Source: Gemmatimonadota bacterium | GTDB lineage: Bacteria; Gemmatimonadota; Gemmatimonadetes; Gemmatimonadales; GWC2-71-9 | Assembly (NCBI GenBank): GCA_031400975.1 | Contig: JANNQX010000145.1 | Span: 7,754 to 71,753, forward strand | DNA length: 64,000 nt | Direction: 5' to 3' | Shown: positions 1 to 9,245 of the stretch, piece after piece | Numbering within the stretch: position 1 is the first letter of the stretch | How the letters are laid out: the number at the start of each line of letters is the position of its first letter | The notes under the pieces: model-generated | What the model saw: the letters and a program-made list of their open reading frames with translations, nothing else | Database searches by the model: none | What the model was told of the DNA's origin: nothing | Program-made: the position numbers and the translations under genes

Positions 1-243
1 GCCGTCTTCGGCATTAGCCCGCATTTCCTTGAGGTCGTGGCCGGCCGAGAATCCCCGACCCTGCGCCCCCAGAACGATGACCCTGGCATCACTCGTTCTA
101 GCCCAGGCCAGTTCCGCCTGGAGGGCCGCGATCATCGCAGATGAGAGCGGGTTGAACCGATCGCCCCGGTTGAGCGTCAGGTGCAAAACCGACCCTCGGA
201 GTTCGCGAAGGACCAAGGGTGTCTCGGTGGCGGTTGCGGTCAT
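1..243 (-). CDS. enoyl-CoA hydratase/isomerase (crotonase) family protein; only the N-terminal 81 codons, gene runs off the left edge
   Basis: Hand translation of the reverse strand from ATG (243..241): MTATATETPLVLRELRGSVLHLTLNRGDRFNPLSSAMIAALQAELAWARTSDARVIVLGAQGRGFSAGHDLKEMRANAEDG. This is a typical crotonase N-terminus including the GxGFSAGxDLKE segment. It is absent from the ORF track because it is truncated. Confidence 0.8.
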   Translation of the reverse strand, partial: MTATATETPLVLRELRGSVLHLTLNRGDRFNPLSSAMIAALQAELAWARTSDARVIVLGAQGRGFSAGHDLKEMRANAEDG

Positions 244-268
244 CGATGACTCCGGTGCTGCGAGGGGG

Positions 269-1909
269 TCATTCAATCGCCGAGGCCGATTTGGCCTGCT
301 GGCGGAGGATGAACTTCTGGATCTTCCCGGTGGACGTCTTGGGCAAGGAGCCGAACACGACGGTCTTTGGAATCTTGTAGTGGGCCAGCCGGTCCCGGCA
401 ATGGGCAATCAACTCGGCCTCAGTGACCGACGCTCCCGGCTTGAGCTCGACGAAGGCACGGGGCGTCTCGCCCCATTTGAGGTCGGGCGCCGCCACCACC
501 GCCGCCGCGAACACGGCCGGATGGTGGTAGAGCGCATCCTCCACTTCGATCGACGAGATGTTCTCGCCACCCGAGATAATGATATCCTTGCCGCGGTCTT
601 TGATCTTGATATACCCGTCTGGATGCTTGACCGCCAGGTCGCCCGAATGGAACCAGCCGCCCTTGAGCGCCTCCGCGGTGGCAGTTGGGTTTTTGAGGTA
701 CCCCTTCATCGTGATGTTACCGCGAAACATGATCTCGCCGATCGTTTCGCCGTCGGGAGGGACCGGTGTCATGGTGTCCGGATCGAGAACGTCCACGGCA
801 TCCTCGAACAAGTACCGGACCCCCTGACGGCCGTTCCTTGCCGCCCGGTCTTTGACGTCGAGCCGATCCCATTCCTCGTGTTTGGCGCATACGGTGGCCG
901 GCCCATACACCTCCGTCAGCCCATAGACATGGGTGAGGTCGACCCCCCGGCGCTCCAACGCCTCGATCGTCGCAATCGGCGGGGCCGCTCCGGCCACGAG
1001 GGCATGGAGCCGCTGCTCGATTCCGTCCCAGCATTCATCGGGCGCGGCCAGCATAGTGCTGTGGACGATCGGAGCTCCGCAGTAGTGGGTGACCCGATGG
1101 GCCTTGATCAGCCGAAACACGGCGCCAACCTCGACCTTCCGCAGACAGATATTGGTGCCCGCCACCGCCGCCAGGGTCCACGGAAAACACCACCCGTTGC
1201 AGTGGTACATCGGCAACGTCCAGAGATACACCGCGTGCCGCGGCATACCCCAGGTCAAGACTTCGTTGATCGCGTTGAGGTGGGCGCCCCGATGATGGTA
1301 GACCACGCCCTTCGGGTTGCCGGTCGTACCCGAGGTGTAGTTGAGCGAGATGGCGTCCCATTCGTCGGCCGGCGCCAGGCCCTCGAAACCCGGGTCACCA
1401 CCCGCGAGAAATGCCTCGTATCCGGTGGCGCCCAAAAGGTCGCCGGGCCCCGAGTACTCGGAGTCGTTCACATCGAGGATCAACGGGCTGACGGCGGATT
1501 GCCCCAACGCCGCCCGAACGGTCGCGCTGAACTCCCGGTCGGTGATCAGCACTTTGGTTTCGCCGTGATCGAGCATAAAGGCAATGCTAGTGGGGTCGAG
1601 CCGGACGTTCAGAGCATTCAGGACCCCGCCCGCCATCGGCACGCCGAAATGACACTCGTACATTTCGGGGGTATTCGTCAACATCACCGCCACCGTGTCG
1701 CCCCGGCCAATCCCGGCTCGGCCAAGGGCCGACGCTAAGCGTCGGCACCGCGCGGCGGTTTCGCGCCAAGTGAATCGTCGAGCGCCATGAACCACAGCGA
1801 TCCGATCCGGATACACCGATGCGCTCCAACCCAAGAACGTGACCGGTGTCAGGGGCGCCGAATTGGCGGGGGTCCTCTCCAGGCCGATGTCGTAGATGTT
1901 CGGCGCCAC
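269..1909 (-). CDS. AMP-forming acyl-CoA synthetase / fatty-acid-CoA ligase
   Basis: 546-aa ORF with the AMP-binding signature LNYTSGTTGNPKGV, the later GWFHSGD motif and a C-terminal PKTSTGKIQK lysine motif. Confidence 0.9.
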   Translation of the reverse strand: MAPNIYDIGLERTPANSAPLTPVTFLGWSASVYPDRIAVVHGARRFTWRETAARCRRLASALGRAGIGRGDTVAVMLTNTPEMYECHFGVPMAGGVLNALNVRLDPTSIAFMLDHGETKVLITDREFSATVRAALGQSAVSPLILDVNDSEYSGPGDLLGATGYEAFLAGGDPGFEGLAPADEWDAISLNYTSGTTGNPKGVVYHHRGAHLNAINEVLTWGMPRHAVYLWTLPMYHCNGWCFPWTLAAVAGTNICLRKVEVGAVFRLIKAHRVTHYCGAPIVHSTMLAAPDECWDGIEQRLHALVAGAAPPIATIEALERRGVDLTHVYGLTEVYGPATVCAKHEEWDRLDVKDRAARNGRQGVRYLFEDAVDVLDPDTMTPVPPDGETIGEIMFRGNITMKGYLKNPTATAEALKGGWFHSGDLAVKHPDGYIKIKDRGKDIIISGGENISSIEVEDALYHHPAVFAAAVVAAPDLKWGETPRAFVELKPGASVTEAELIAHCRDRLAHYKIPKTVVFGSLPKTSTGKIQKFILRQQAKSASAIE

Positions 1910-1915
1910 AGGGGT

Positions 1916-3451
1916 TTACCTCTCTCGCCGAGCCAGTGCCCGCCCGGTCAGCGTTGGCGTAGGCTTACCGCCATCGAGCGCCAGGCGCCCGTTGACGAGA
2001 ACGAACCGCATCCCAGCGGCCAGCAGCTCGGGGGCGTCATAGGTCGACCGGTCTTCGATGGTGGTCGAGTCGAACACCGCGATGTCGGCGTAGTTGCCGG
2101 GCACCAAGGTGCCCCGGTCGGCCAGGCCCAGGATCCGAGCGGTCTGCCCGCTGCTGGCCTCAATGGCCCGGGCCAGCGAGATCACGCCGCGATCGAGGGC
2201 ATATCGCCGGATCTTCCGCGGGAAGGTCCCATATTTTCGGGGATGGCCGCCCGACCCATCGGATCCCGTCACCACGAAGCTCTGGGCCATGAACCGGTCG
2301 ATGTCAGTGTCGTGCATGTTGAACGACGCCACGCCGGCATCACCGGTCTTGATGATCTCGAGGGCCGCCGCGATCGAGTCGACCTTCATCGTCGCCGCGA
2401 TGGCCGCCAGCCGCTGCCCCTTCCAGCGCCCCTCGGTGACCAGGAGGGAGCCCGCACCACCCCGGCGTCGGAGATTTTCCGTCATCTCCTTGATCAGCTT
2501 TTCCTTGACCTTCGGGTCGCCGATCCGCCCGAGCAGTGAATCACGACCGCCGGCCTCGGCCCAGCGGGGCAACAAAGCCGCCCCAAGGCTGGTCCCCGAC
2601 GCCGTGTACGGGTACTGGTCGGCGGTGACTCGAAGCCCAGCGGCCCGGGCGGCGAGAATTCGGGCCCCGACTTCGTCGCTCTTGCCCCAGACGTCGACGC
2701 CTAACGCTTTGATGTGGGCAAAGTGAACCGGAATCGATGCCTCCCGCCCGATCTTGAGCACCTCATCCACCGCCCCCAGGAGTCCGATGGTGTAGCTCGA
2801 CTCGTCCCGGATATGGGAGTCGTAGTACCCGCCGGCCCGGCTCGCCACCTTGGCCAACTCGATCACTTCCTCGGTGGTGGCGTAGCTGCCCGGGGCGTAA
2901 TACAGGCCGGTCGACAACCCGATGGCCCCCTCCTCCATTCCTTTGGCCACCAACCGCCGCATGCTGTCGAGTTCGGCCGCGGTCGGGGCCCGATCCGCCA
3001 TGCCCATGACGTGCCGCCGAATCATCCCATGGCCAACCAGGAAAACGGCGTTGACCCCGAGCCCCGCGCTCAACCGCCGTCGCGCGGCGCCCACCTCGAA
3101 GGAGCCGCCGCCGTCGCTGCCCATCACGACCGTGGTGACACCCTGGGCCAGAAAGGGAGCCAGCTTCCGGCGGAGCGGATTGGCCGCGTCATCCTCCGTA
3201 TGGGTATGGGGATCGATAAACCCCGGCGATACAATCAAGCCCCGAGCGTCAATCACCCGCCCCGGGATCACCCCGACGGGCGCGTCCCCGACAAAAACGA
3301 TCCGGTCGCCCAGAATCCCCACATCCGCGATCCGCGGCGGGCCGCCCTGGCCGTCATACACACTGCCGCCCCGGATCAGGACATCAACCCGCGACTGAGC
3401 CGAGGCCGGCACCGCCAGCGCCAACCCGACGACCCAGAGGCGGGCGATCAT
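1916..3451 (-). CDS. N-acyl-D-amino-acid deacylase (D-aminoacylase) family amidohydrolase, secreted
   Basis: 511 aa with an N-terminal signal-like peptide (LALAVPASAQ) and the metal-binding GFIDPHTHTEDD (HxH) motif of the amidohydrolase superfamily. Its ATG overlaps the upstream stop (ATGA). Confidence 0.8.
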   Translation of the reverse strand: MIARLWVVGLALAVPASAQSRVDVLIRGGSVYDGQGGPPRIADVGILGDRIVFVGDAPVGVIPGRVIDARGLIVSPGFIDPHTHTEDDAANPLRRKLAPFLAQGVTTVVMGSDGGGSFEVGAARRRLSAGLGVNAVFLVGHGMIRRHVMGMADRAPTAAELDSMRRLVAKGMEEGAIGLSTGLYYAPGSYATTEEVIELAKVASRAGGYYDSHIRDESSYTIGLLGAVDEVLKIGREASIPVHFAHIKALGVDVWGKSDEVGARILAARAAGLRVTADQYPYTASGTSLGAALLPRWAEAGGRDSLLGRIGDPKVKEKLIKEMTENLRRRGGAGSLLVTEGRWKGQRLAAIAATMKVDSIAAALEIIKTGDAGVASFNMHDTDIDRFMAQSFVVTGSDGSGGHPRKYGTFPRKIRRYALDRGVISLARAIEASSGQTARILGLADRGTLVPGNYADIAVFDSTTIEDRSTYDAPELLAAGMRFVLVNGRLALDGGKPTPTLTGRALARRER

Positions 3452-5451
3452 GGAACCAGCTCCGCCTTAGCCTTGGGCTCGACGCCTAAGACGTATTTGG
3501 CGAAGAAGTCGTATTCGCGGACGATCTTGTCGAGAGCATGGCGGGGCTCCTGGAGTCCATGGGGCTCCCGGGGAAAGAACACCAACTCGACTGGGACTCC
3601 GTTCTTCTTGAGTCCCATGTAAAGCTCCTGCGCCTGCCCGATCGGAACCCGGGTGTCCTGTTGGCCGTGCAGAATCAACGTGGGGGTTTTGGCCTGCTTG
3701 ATGTAAACCATCGCCGAGGCCTTCCGGTACGCGGCCTCGTCGTTCCACGGCTCGCCGCCGAAGTAATCTTCGAGCACCGTTTGGAGGTCGTTGGTCGAGT
3801 ACATCGAGTACATGTTGGTAAGGCCGGCCCCGACCATGATCGCCTTGAACCGATTGGTCTGGGTCAGGGTCCAAGCGCTCATGTACCCGCCATAGCTCCA
3901 CCCGCCTTGGGCCAGCTTGCTCGAATCGGCAATCCCCCGCTTGATCAGGTAGTCGAGACCGGTCTGAATGTCCTGGTAGTCGCCACCGCCCCAGTCGCGG
4001 AGGTTGGCCGCCAGGTATTTCGGGCCGTACCCGGTCGAGCCGCGGGGGTTGGGGAGAAAGGCCACCCAGCCTTTCGCGGCATACACCTGGGCCGGGTTGT
4101 ACCAATTGGCTGGGAACGACTCATCCCACACGCCGGAGGGGCCGCCGTGAATGATCGCCACGGTCGGGTACCGCTTGCCGGGCTGATAGCCCACGGGGTA
4201 CACCACGACGCCTTCGGCTTCCATCCCGTCTTTGCTTTTCCAGCGGACGACTTCGCCCTTGCCCATGGCAACCGAGGCAAGTTCCGGGTGGAGCTTGGTC
4301 ACGGCCGTCTGAATCCACGGCGACTCGACCCGTGCGACATGAACCTCGTCCGGGGTGTCGGTCGCAGACCGGCCAAACGCGATCATCCGGCCATCGGACG
4401 ACATCGAAGGCGCTCCGCCCCCAAACAAGCCTAACGACCCTTTCAGGTCGGATATTTGCTTGACCGTGCCGCCGGCGGCGGGAATCTGGAACAACTCCGT
4501 CCGGGTCCGCGCCAGCGCCCAGAAAAAGAGCGACTTGCCGTCCGCCGACCAGACGCTCGGGCCCGGCTGATACAGAAATCCGGCCGCGACCAGTTTCGGG
4601 ACCCCGCCAATGGCCGGCACCACCGCGAGTTGGGATTGAGTGAACGTGCTCGACGTGAGGGGCTTGGTGTCGTACGCGATCATCGTCCCGTCCGGCGACC
4701 AGCTCGGGTTGCCGTCGGGGCCCGCATTCTCAACCAGCTTCCGGGTCACCCCCGACGCCAGATCGACGATCATGATGTCGCCAAGTCGGAAATCATCGGC
4801 CCGCGGTGTCGGCACGGTCGCATAGGCGATCTGTTTGCCATCCGGTGCCCAGTCGATGCCGATGATCTGGGTGTCGCCCTTGACCACTTCCGCGGCCTTG
4901 GACGTGCCCAGATCGAAGACCCAGAGGCGGCCTGGCACGAAATTGCGATCGACCTCGATCGCGTCGTCCTTCTCCTTCTGCTTCCGCTCTTCTTCGGCGG
5001 TCGGCTCGCGCGCCGCGACGTAGGCAATCCGCTTGCTGTCCGGAGCCCACTCGAGCGACTGGACCCCCGATTTCGAATCGGTCAATTTCTCGGCTTCGCC
5101 TCCGAACGGCGAGATTCGAAAGATCTGCGGCTTGCCGTCCCGGCCCGAAACGAAGGCGATCCATTTCCCGTCGGGCGACCACCGGGCCTGATCGTCGGCG
5201 GCCTTGCTATTCGTGAGCCGGATCGGTTGGCCCCCTTGCGCCGAGACCAGCCAGAGGTCGGTGTTGGTGCTGCTCTCTTTGAGATCCTGAGCCGAGACGG
5301 TATAGGCGACCCACCGCCCGTCCGGCGAGATCCGCACCCCGCTCAGCTGCCGCATCTGGGCCGCCTGCTCCGCGGTCAAGCCCGTTTGGGCGGCCGCCGG
5401 GGCGGCCACCATGAGGAGGAGGACGGCCGAAAGACTTCCCGTCATGTTCAT
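3448..5451 (-). CDS. S9 family serine peptidase (prolyl oligopeptidase/acylaminoacyl-peptidase type) with N-terminal TolB-like beta-propeller
   Basis: 667 aa with a signal peptide, repeated 'SPDGKWIAF' propeller motifs, the nucleophile elbow GWSYGGYM and C-terminal LHGQQDTRVP...PHGL (Asp/His). Confidence 0.9.
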   Translation of the reverse strand: MNMTGSLSAVLLLMVAAPAAAQTGLTAEQAAQMRQLSGVRISPDGRWVAYTVSAQDLKESSTNTDLWLVSAQGGQPIRLTNSKAADDQARWSPDGKWIAFVSGRDGKPQIFRISPFGGEAEKLTDSKSGVQSLEWAPDSKRIAYVAAREPTAEEERKQKEKDDAIEVDRNFVPGRLWVFDLGTSKAAEVVKGDTQIIGIDWAPDGKQIAYATVPTPRADDFRLGDIMIVDLASGVTRKLVENAGPDGNPSWSPDGTMIAYDTKPLTSSTFTQSQLAVVPAIGGVPKLVAAGFLYQPGPSVWSADGKSLFFWALARTRTELFQIPAAGGTVKQISDLKGSLGLFGGGAPSMSSDGRMIAFGRSATDTPDEVHVARVESPWIQTAVTKLHPELASVAMGKGEVVRWKSKDGMEAEGVVVYPVGYQPGKRYPTVAIIHGGPSGVWDESFPANWYNPAQVYAAKGWVAFLPNPRGSTGYGPKYLAANLRDWGGGDYQDIQTGLDYLIKRGIADSSKLAQGGWSYGGYMSAWTLTQTNRFKAIMVGAGLTNMYSMYSTNDLQTVLEDYFGGEPWNDEAAYRKASAMVYIKQAKTPTLILHGQQDTRVPIGQAQELYMGLKKNGVPVELVFFPREPHGLQEPRHALDKIVREYDFFAKYVLGVEPKAKAELVP

Positions 5452-7448
5452 GGGACTAACTCCGGTTTGTCCTTCGGCTCGATGCCGAGGACCTGTTTGG
5501 CGAAAAACGCATACTCCCGCTTGATCTTGTCGAGCTGGTGGCGAGGCTCGGAGAGGCCGTGACCCTCCCGGGGGAAAAAGACCAGAGCGACCGGAACGTT
5601 GTTCTTTTTGAGCCCCATATAGAGCTCCTGAGCCTGGCCGATCGGCACCCGGGTGTCCTGTTGACCGTGGAGAATCAGGGTCGGGGTTTTGGCCTGCTTG
5701 ATCGACATCATCGCCGAGGCCCGTCGGTAGGCGGCTTCGTCGTTCCAGGGTTCCGCCCCGAAATAGTTCTCGAGCGTGGTCTGGAGATCATTGGTGGAGT
5801 ACATCGAGTACATGTTGGTCAGGCCGGCCCCCACCATCACGCCCTTGAACCGGTTAGTCTGGGTCAGCGTCCAGGCCGTCATGTACCCGCCGTAACTCCA
5901 GCCACTCTGACCCAGTTTGGTGGAATCGGCAATGCCCTGCTTGACGAGATGATCGAGGCCGGCCTGAATGTCCTGGTAGTCGCCGCCGCCCCAGTCCCTG
6001 ACGTTGGCCTTGAGATATTTCTCGCCGTAGCCGCTCGAGCCCCGGATGTTGGGGAAGAAGCTGACCCAGCCCTGCCCCGCCCAGACGTGGGCAAAGTTGC
6101 CCCAACTTCCCGGAAAGGATTCGGTCCACACACCGGCCGGTCCACCGTGAATGAAGGCCATCGTCGGATACCGCCGCGCCGGGTCGTACCCGACCGGATA
6201 GACGAGGACCCCTTCGATCTCCATCCCGTCCCGGCTTTTCCACCGAATCGCGGCGCTCTTGCCTAACGCTACCTGGCCGAGCCCCGGATTGTGGTCGGTC
6301 AGCCGCCGGGGTTCGACCGTTGCCCCGAGCGAGGCCACGTGGACGTCGTTGGGTTGCTGGACCGCACCGAAGGTGAAGGCGACCGCCTGACCGTTGTCGG
6401 CCACCGTGACCGAGCTGATGACGCCGCGAGTCTGGGTCAACTGGCGAGGCTCGCCACCCGCCACCGGGACCGAGAACAGCTGGGTCGTGGTCCGAACACT
6501 CGAAGTGAAGAGCAGGTTTTGCCCATCCGGCGACCAGGTCACCGGACCGGGCTGGTAGAGGAAACCGGGCGCCACCGACCGGGGCCGGCCGCCGTCCGAG
6601 GCCACGATCGTCAGGCGCTGCTGGCCAAACGCGCCCAAGGTATCGCCCCGGCTGAGGTACGCGATCCAGCGACCATCCGGCGACCACCGCGGTGCATTGT
6701 CCGGCCCGGCATTTTCGATCAGTTTCCGCCGCTCGCCGGTCGCCACCGTGACGATGTGGATGTCCGACCGGCTCCCGTCATCCGCTTTGGGCGTCGGGGT
6801 CGCCACCAAGGCGATCCGGCTCCCATCCGGTGACCACCGGGCCTCGCCGATCTGGAACTCCCCCTTGGCGAGTTCGGCGGTCTTCTTGGTCGCCACGTCG
6901 ATGGTCCACAGCCAGCTCATCCGAAAGTCTCGGTCGACGACAATGGCGTCGTCCTTGCCCTTCTCTTTGGCTTCCTCGATCGCGGTGGGTGGACGCACCG
7001 CCACGAACGCAATGCGCTTCCCGTCCGGCGACCATTGGAACGACTGGACCCCGGTTTTCGACTCGGTCAGCCGCTCGGCCTCGCCGCCGTTCGGGCGGAT
7101 CAACCAGATCTGGGGCCGCTCTTCCCGGGCCGACAGGAACCCAATCCACTTCCCGTCCGGAGACCATCGCGGCTGGCCATCGGCCTTGGGGCTCGCGGTC
7201 AGCCGGACCGGGGCACACCCGGGCGGGCCGGCACAGTCGGCGGCCACCAGCCAAACGTCGCTGTTGACCGCATTCTGAGCGAGATCGACGGCAGCGACCA
7301 CATAGGCGACCCACTTGCCATCGGGGGAGATTTGGGCGTCGGTGACCTGTTTGAGCGCCAGAACATCGTCGGCGGTCATGGGGCGCTGGCCCGCCGCGGG
7401 GCTCGGCACAAGGAGGAAGGCAAGGAACCAGGCTGGGTGGATTGGCAT
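5448..7448 (-). CDS. S9 family serine peptidase, tandem paralog of the downstream gene
   Basis: 666 aa, collinear with 3448..5451. The C-terminal ~250 aa are nearly identical (GWSYGGYM, LILHGQQDTRVPIGQAQELYMGLKKN). ATGA overlap with the next gene. Confidence 0.9.
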   Translation of the reverse strand: MPIHPAWFLAFLLVPSPAAGQRPMTADDVLALKQVTDAQISPDGKWVAYVVAAVDLAQNAVNSDVWLVAADCAGPPGCAPVRLTASPKADGQPRWSPDGKWIGFLSAREERPQIWLIRPNGGEAERLTESKTGVQSFQWSPDGKRIAFVAVRPPTAIEEAKEKGKDDAIVVDRDFRMSWLWTIDVATKKTAELAKGEFQIGEARWSPDGSRIALVATPTPKADDGSRSDIHIVTVATGERRKLIENAGPDNAPRWSPDGRWIAYLSRGDTLGAFGQQRLTIVASDGGRPRSVAPGFLYQPGPVTWSPDGQNLLFTSSVRTTTQLFSVPVAGGEPRQLTQTRGVISSVTVADNGQAVAFTFGAVQQPNDVHVASLGATVEPRRLTDHNPGLGQVALGKSAAIRWKSRDGMEIEGVLVYPVGYDPARRYPTMAFIHGGPAGVWTESFPGSWGNFAHVWAGQGWVSFFPNIRGSSGYGEKYLKANVRDWGGGDYQDIQAGLDHLVKQGIADSTKLGQSGWSYGGYMTAWTLTQTNRFKGVMVGAGLTNMYSMYSTNDLQTTLENYFGAEPWNDEAAYRRASAMMSIKQAKTPTLILHGQQDTRVPIGQAQELYMGLKKNNVPVALVFFPREGHGLSEPRHQLDKIKREYAFFAKQVLGIEPKDKPELVP

Positions 7449-7525
7449 TCGGTTCGGATCTCCGGGGACGGGCGTGGGTTCGATTGTATACCAAGGTGTC
7501 GCCTCGAGTCGAATCAGGCAACCGG

Positions 7526-7534
7526 TGTTAGAAT
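7526..7534 (+). promoter_or_regulatory. extended -10 element (TGtTAGAAT) positioned for a leaderless transcript of the aminotransferase gene
   Basis: TGTTAGAAT at 7526-7534, only 5 nt before the ATG at 7540. There is no Shine-Dalgarno sequence in between. Confidence 0.4.
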
Positions 7535-7539
7535 CAGCG

Positions 7540-8688
7540 ATGCCAATTCTCCCATCCCAGCGCCATCATTTCGATATCCCGAACGACGTCGCGTACTTGA
7601 ACTGCGCCTACATGTCGCCCCTGTCTCACTCAGTCATCAGGGCCGGCGCCGCCGGCCTCGAGCGGAAGCGTCGCCCCTGGACCGTGCAGCCGGCCGACTT
7701 TTTCAGCCTGACCCAGCAGGCTCGGGAAACCTTCGCCCGGCTCCTCGGGCCCGCCGCCACCGCCGAGGACATCGCGATCGTGCCGGCGGCAAGTTACGGA
7801 ATGGCGACCGCCGCGGCCAATCTACCGCTCAAACCCGGCGACCGGGTCCTGGTTCTGGAGGGTGAATTCCCTTCGACGATTCTGACCTGGCGGGCCCACA
7901 CGCGGGAATGCGGAGCGGAACTCGTCACCCTGGCCGAACCGGCCGACCACGACTGGACCCGGGTCGTCCTTGGAGCGATCGACGAGCGGACCCGGGTCGC
8001 CGCGCTCCCCGCCCTGCATTGGATTTCCGGGGCCCGGATCGACCTGGCCGCCGTTCGCCGGAGGCTCCGGGAGGTCAAGGCAGCCCTGGTACTCGACCTG
8101 ACCCAATCGTTAGGCGCCATGCCATTCGACGTCGGCGAGGTCGATCCCGATTTCATGGTCGCCGCCTGTTACAAATGGCTCCTCGGCCCCTATACCACCG
8201 GGTTCCTCTATGTCGCGCCCCGCCATCACAACGGGCGGCCGCTCGAACACCACTGGTTCGGACGCAAAGATTCCCAGAACTTCAGCGGCCTGGCCTATCC
8301 GGAGGAGTTTCAGCCCGGGGCCCGGCGGTTCGACATGGGCGAGCCGTCCAACTTCGCCCTGCTCCCGGGCGCGGTGGCGGCCCTCGAGATGATCCTCGGT
8401 TGGGGGGTCGAGAACATCTCGGCCACCGCCGGTGCCTTCGCCGATGATATCGTGGCCCGGGGCGGCGATCTCGGCTTGACGGCCGTCCCGGCCAAGCTCC
8501 GGGCCCCGCACTACGTCGGCCTGACCTCCCGGGCCGGTCTGCCGCCGGGCCTCACCGACCGGCTCGGCATCAGCCGGGTCTTTGTCAGCGTCCGGGGCGG
8601 CCGGTCACTGCGCATCACGCCCCACGTTTACAACGAACCGGCCGATGTCGATCGGTTGTTCCAGGTCCTGGCCCCGGCCCTGGCTTAA
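7540..8688 (+). CDS. class V aminotransferase-fold PLP enzyme (cysteine desulfurase/selenocysteine lyase-like)
   Basis: In-frame ATG inside ORF 7315..8688. N-terminus MPILPSQRHHFDIPNDVAYLNCAYMSPL and PLP-lysine context ACYKWLLGP are typical of the fold. The upstream part of the ORF overlaps the divergent peptidase gene and is unlikely to be coding. Confidence 0.8.
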   Translation: MPILPSQRHHFDIPNDVAYLNCAYMSPLSHSVIRAGAAGLERKRRPWTVQPADFFSLTQQARETFARLLGPAATAEDIAIVPAASYGMATAAANLPLKPGDRVLVLEGEFPSTILTWRAHTRECGAELVTLAEPADHDWTRVVLGAIDERTRVAALPALHWISGARIDLAAVRRRLREVKAALVLDLTQSLGAMPFDVGEVDPDFMVAACYKWLLGPYTTGFLYVAPRHHNGRPLEHHWFGRKDSQNFSGLAYPEEFQPGARRFDMGEPSNFALLPGAVAALEMILGWGVENISATAGAFADDIVARGGDLGLTAVPAKLRAPHYVGLTSRAGLPPGLTDRLGISRVFVSVRGGRSLRITPHVYNEPADVDRLFQVLAPALA

Positions 8689-8825
8689 CCGGGGGTCGTA
8701 ACTTCCCTATTGTTGCCGGATGACGCATCCGATCAACTTGAGTTTTTGGTGGCGACGAGGCCCGCCCATTGCCCAGAGGAGCCCGGGGCCCGAGAATTAC
8801 GGCCATCCTTCTCCCGCAGGTACCC

Positions 8826-9245
8826 GTGCCATCGATTCGATCCGTCCACACACCCGGCACCCGACGGCCAGTCGGCCACTACTCCCAGGCGGTCGTGCAC
8901 GGCGGCTTCGTCTACGTCGCCGGCCAGATCCCCACTGACCTCGAGACCGGAACGCCCCGGATCGGGACGATCGAGGAGCAAACCGAACTGTGCCTCGGCA
9001 ACGTTGCCCGGATTTTAGAGGCCGCGGGCAGCGGGCTTGAACACGCGATCCAAATGTCGATCTACATCACGAGGATGGAGGACTGGAGCGCGATCAACGC
9101 GACCTACGCCCGGATCATGGGTTCGGCCCGTCCGGCCCGGGCGATCGTGCCGGTGGCGCCGCTCCACTTCGGCGCCGGGATCGAGATCGTGTCCGTAGCG
9201 GCCAAACCGGTCGCCAAGCGGGCCCCGAAACGGCGGGCCGCATGA
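8826..9245 (+). CDS. RidA/YjgF/L-PSP family reactive-intermediate deaminase
   Basis: GTG start within ORF 8769..9245. Motifs PVGHYSQAVVHGGFVYVAGQIP ... IEEQTELCLGNVARILEAAG ... PARAIVPVAPLHFGAGIEI match the family. Confidence 0.85.
   Translation: MPSIRSVHTPGTRRPVGHYSQAVVHGGFVYVAGQIPTDLETGTPRIGTIEEQTELCLGNVARILEAAGSGLEHAIQMSIYITRMEDWSAINATYARIMGSARPARAIVPVAPLHFGAGIEIVSVAAKPVAKRAPKRRAA

Noticed and set aside
29-1738. 569-aa plus-strand ORF
   Set aside because: It is antisense to a well-supported acyl-CoA synthetase gene. Its Arg/Gly/Pro-rich, low-complexity translation is typical of spurious ORFs in GC-rich DNA.
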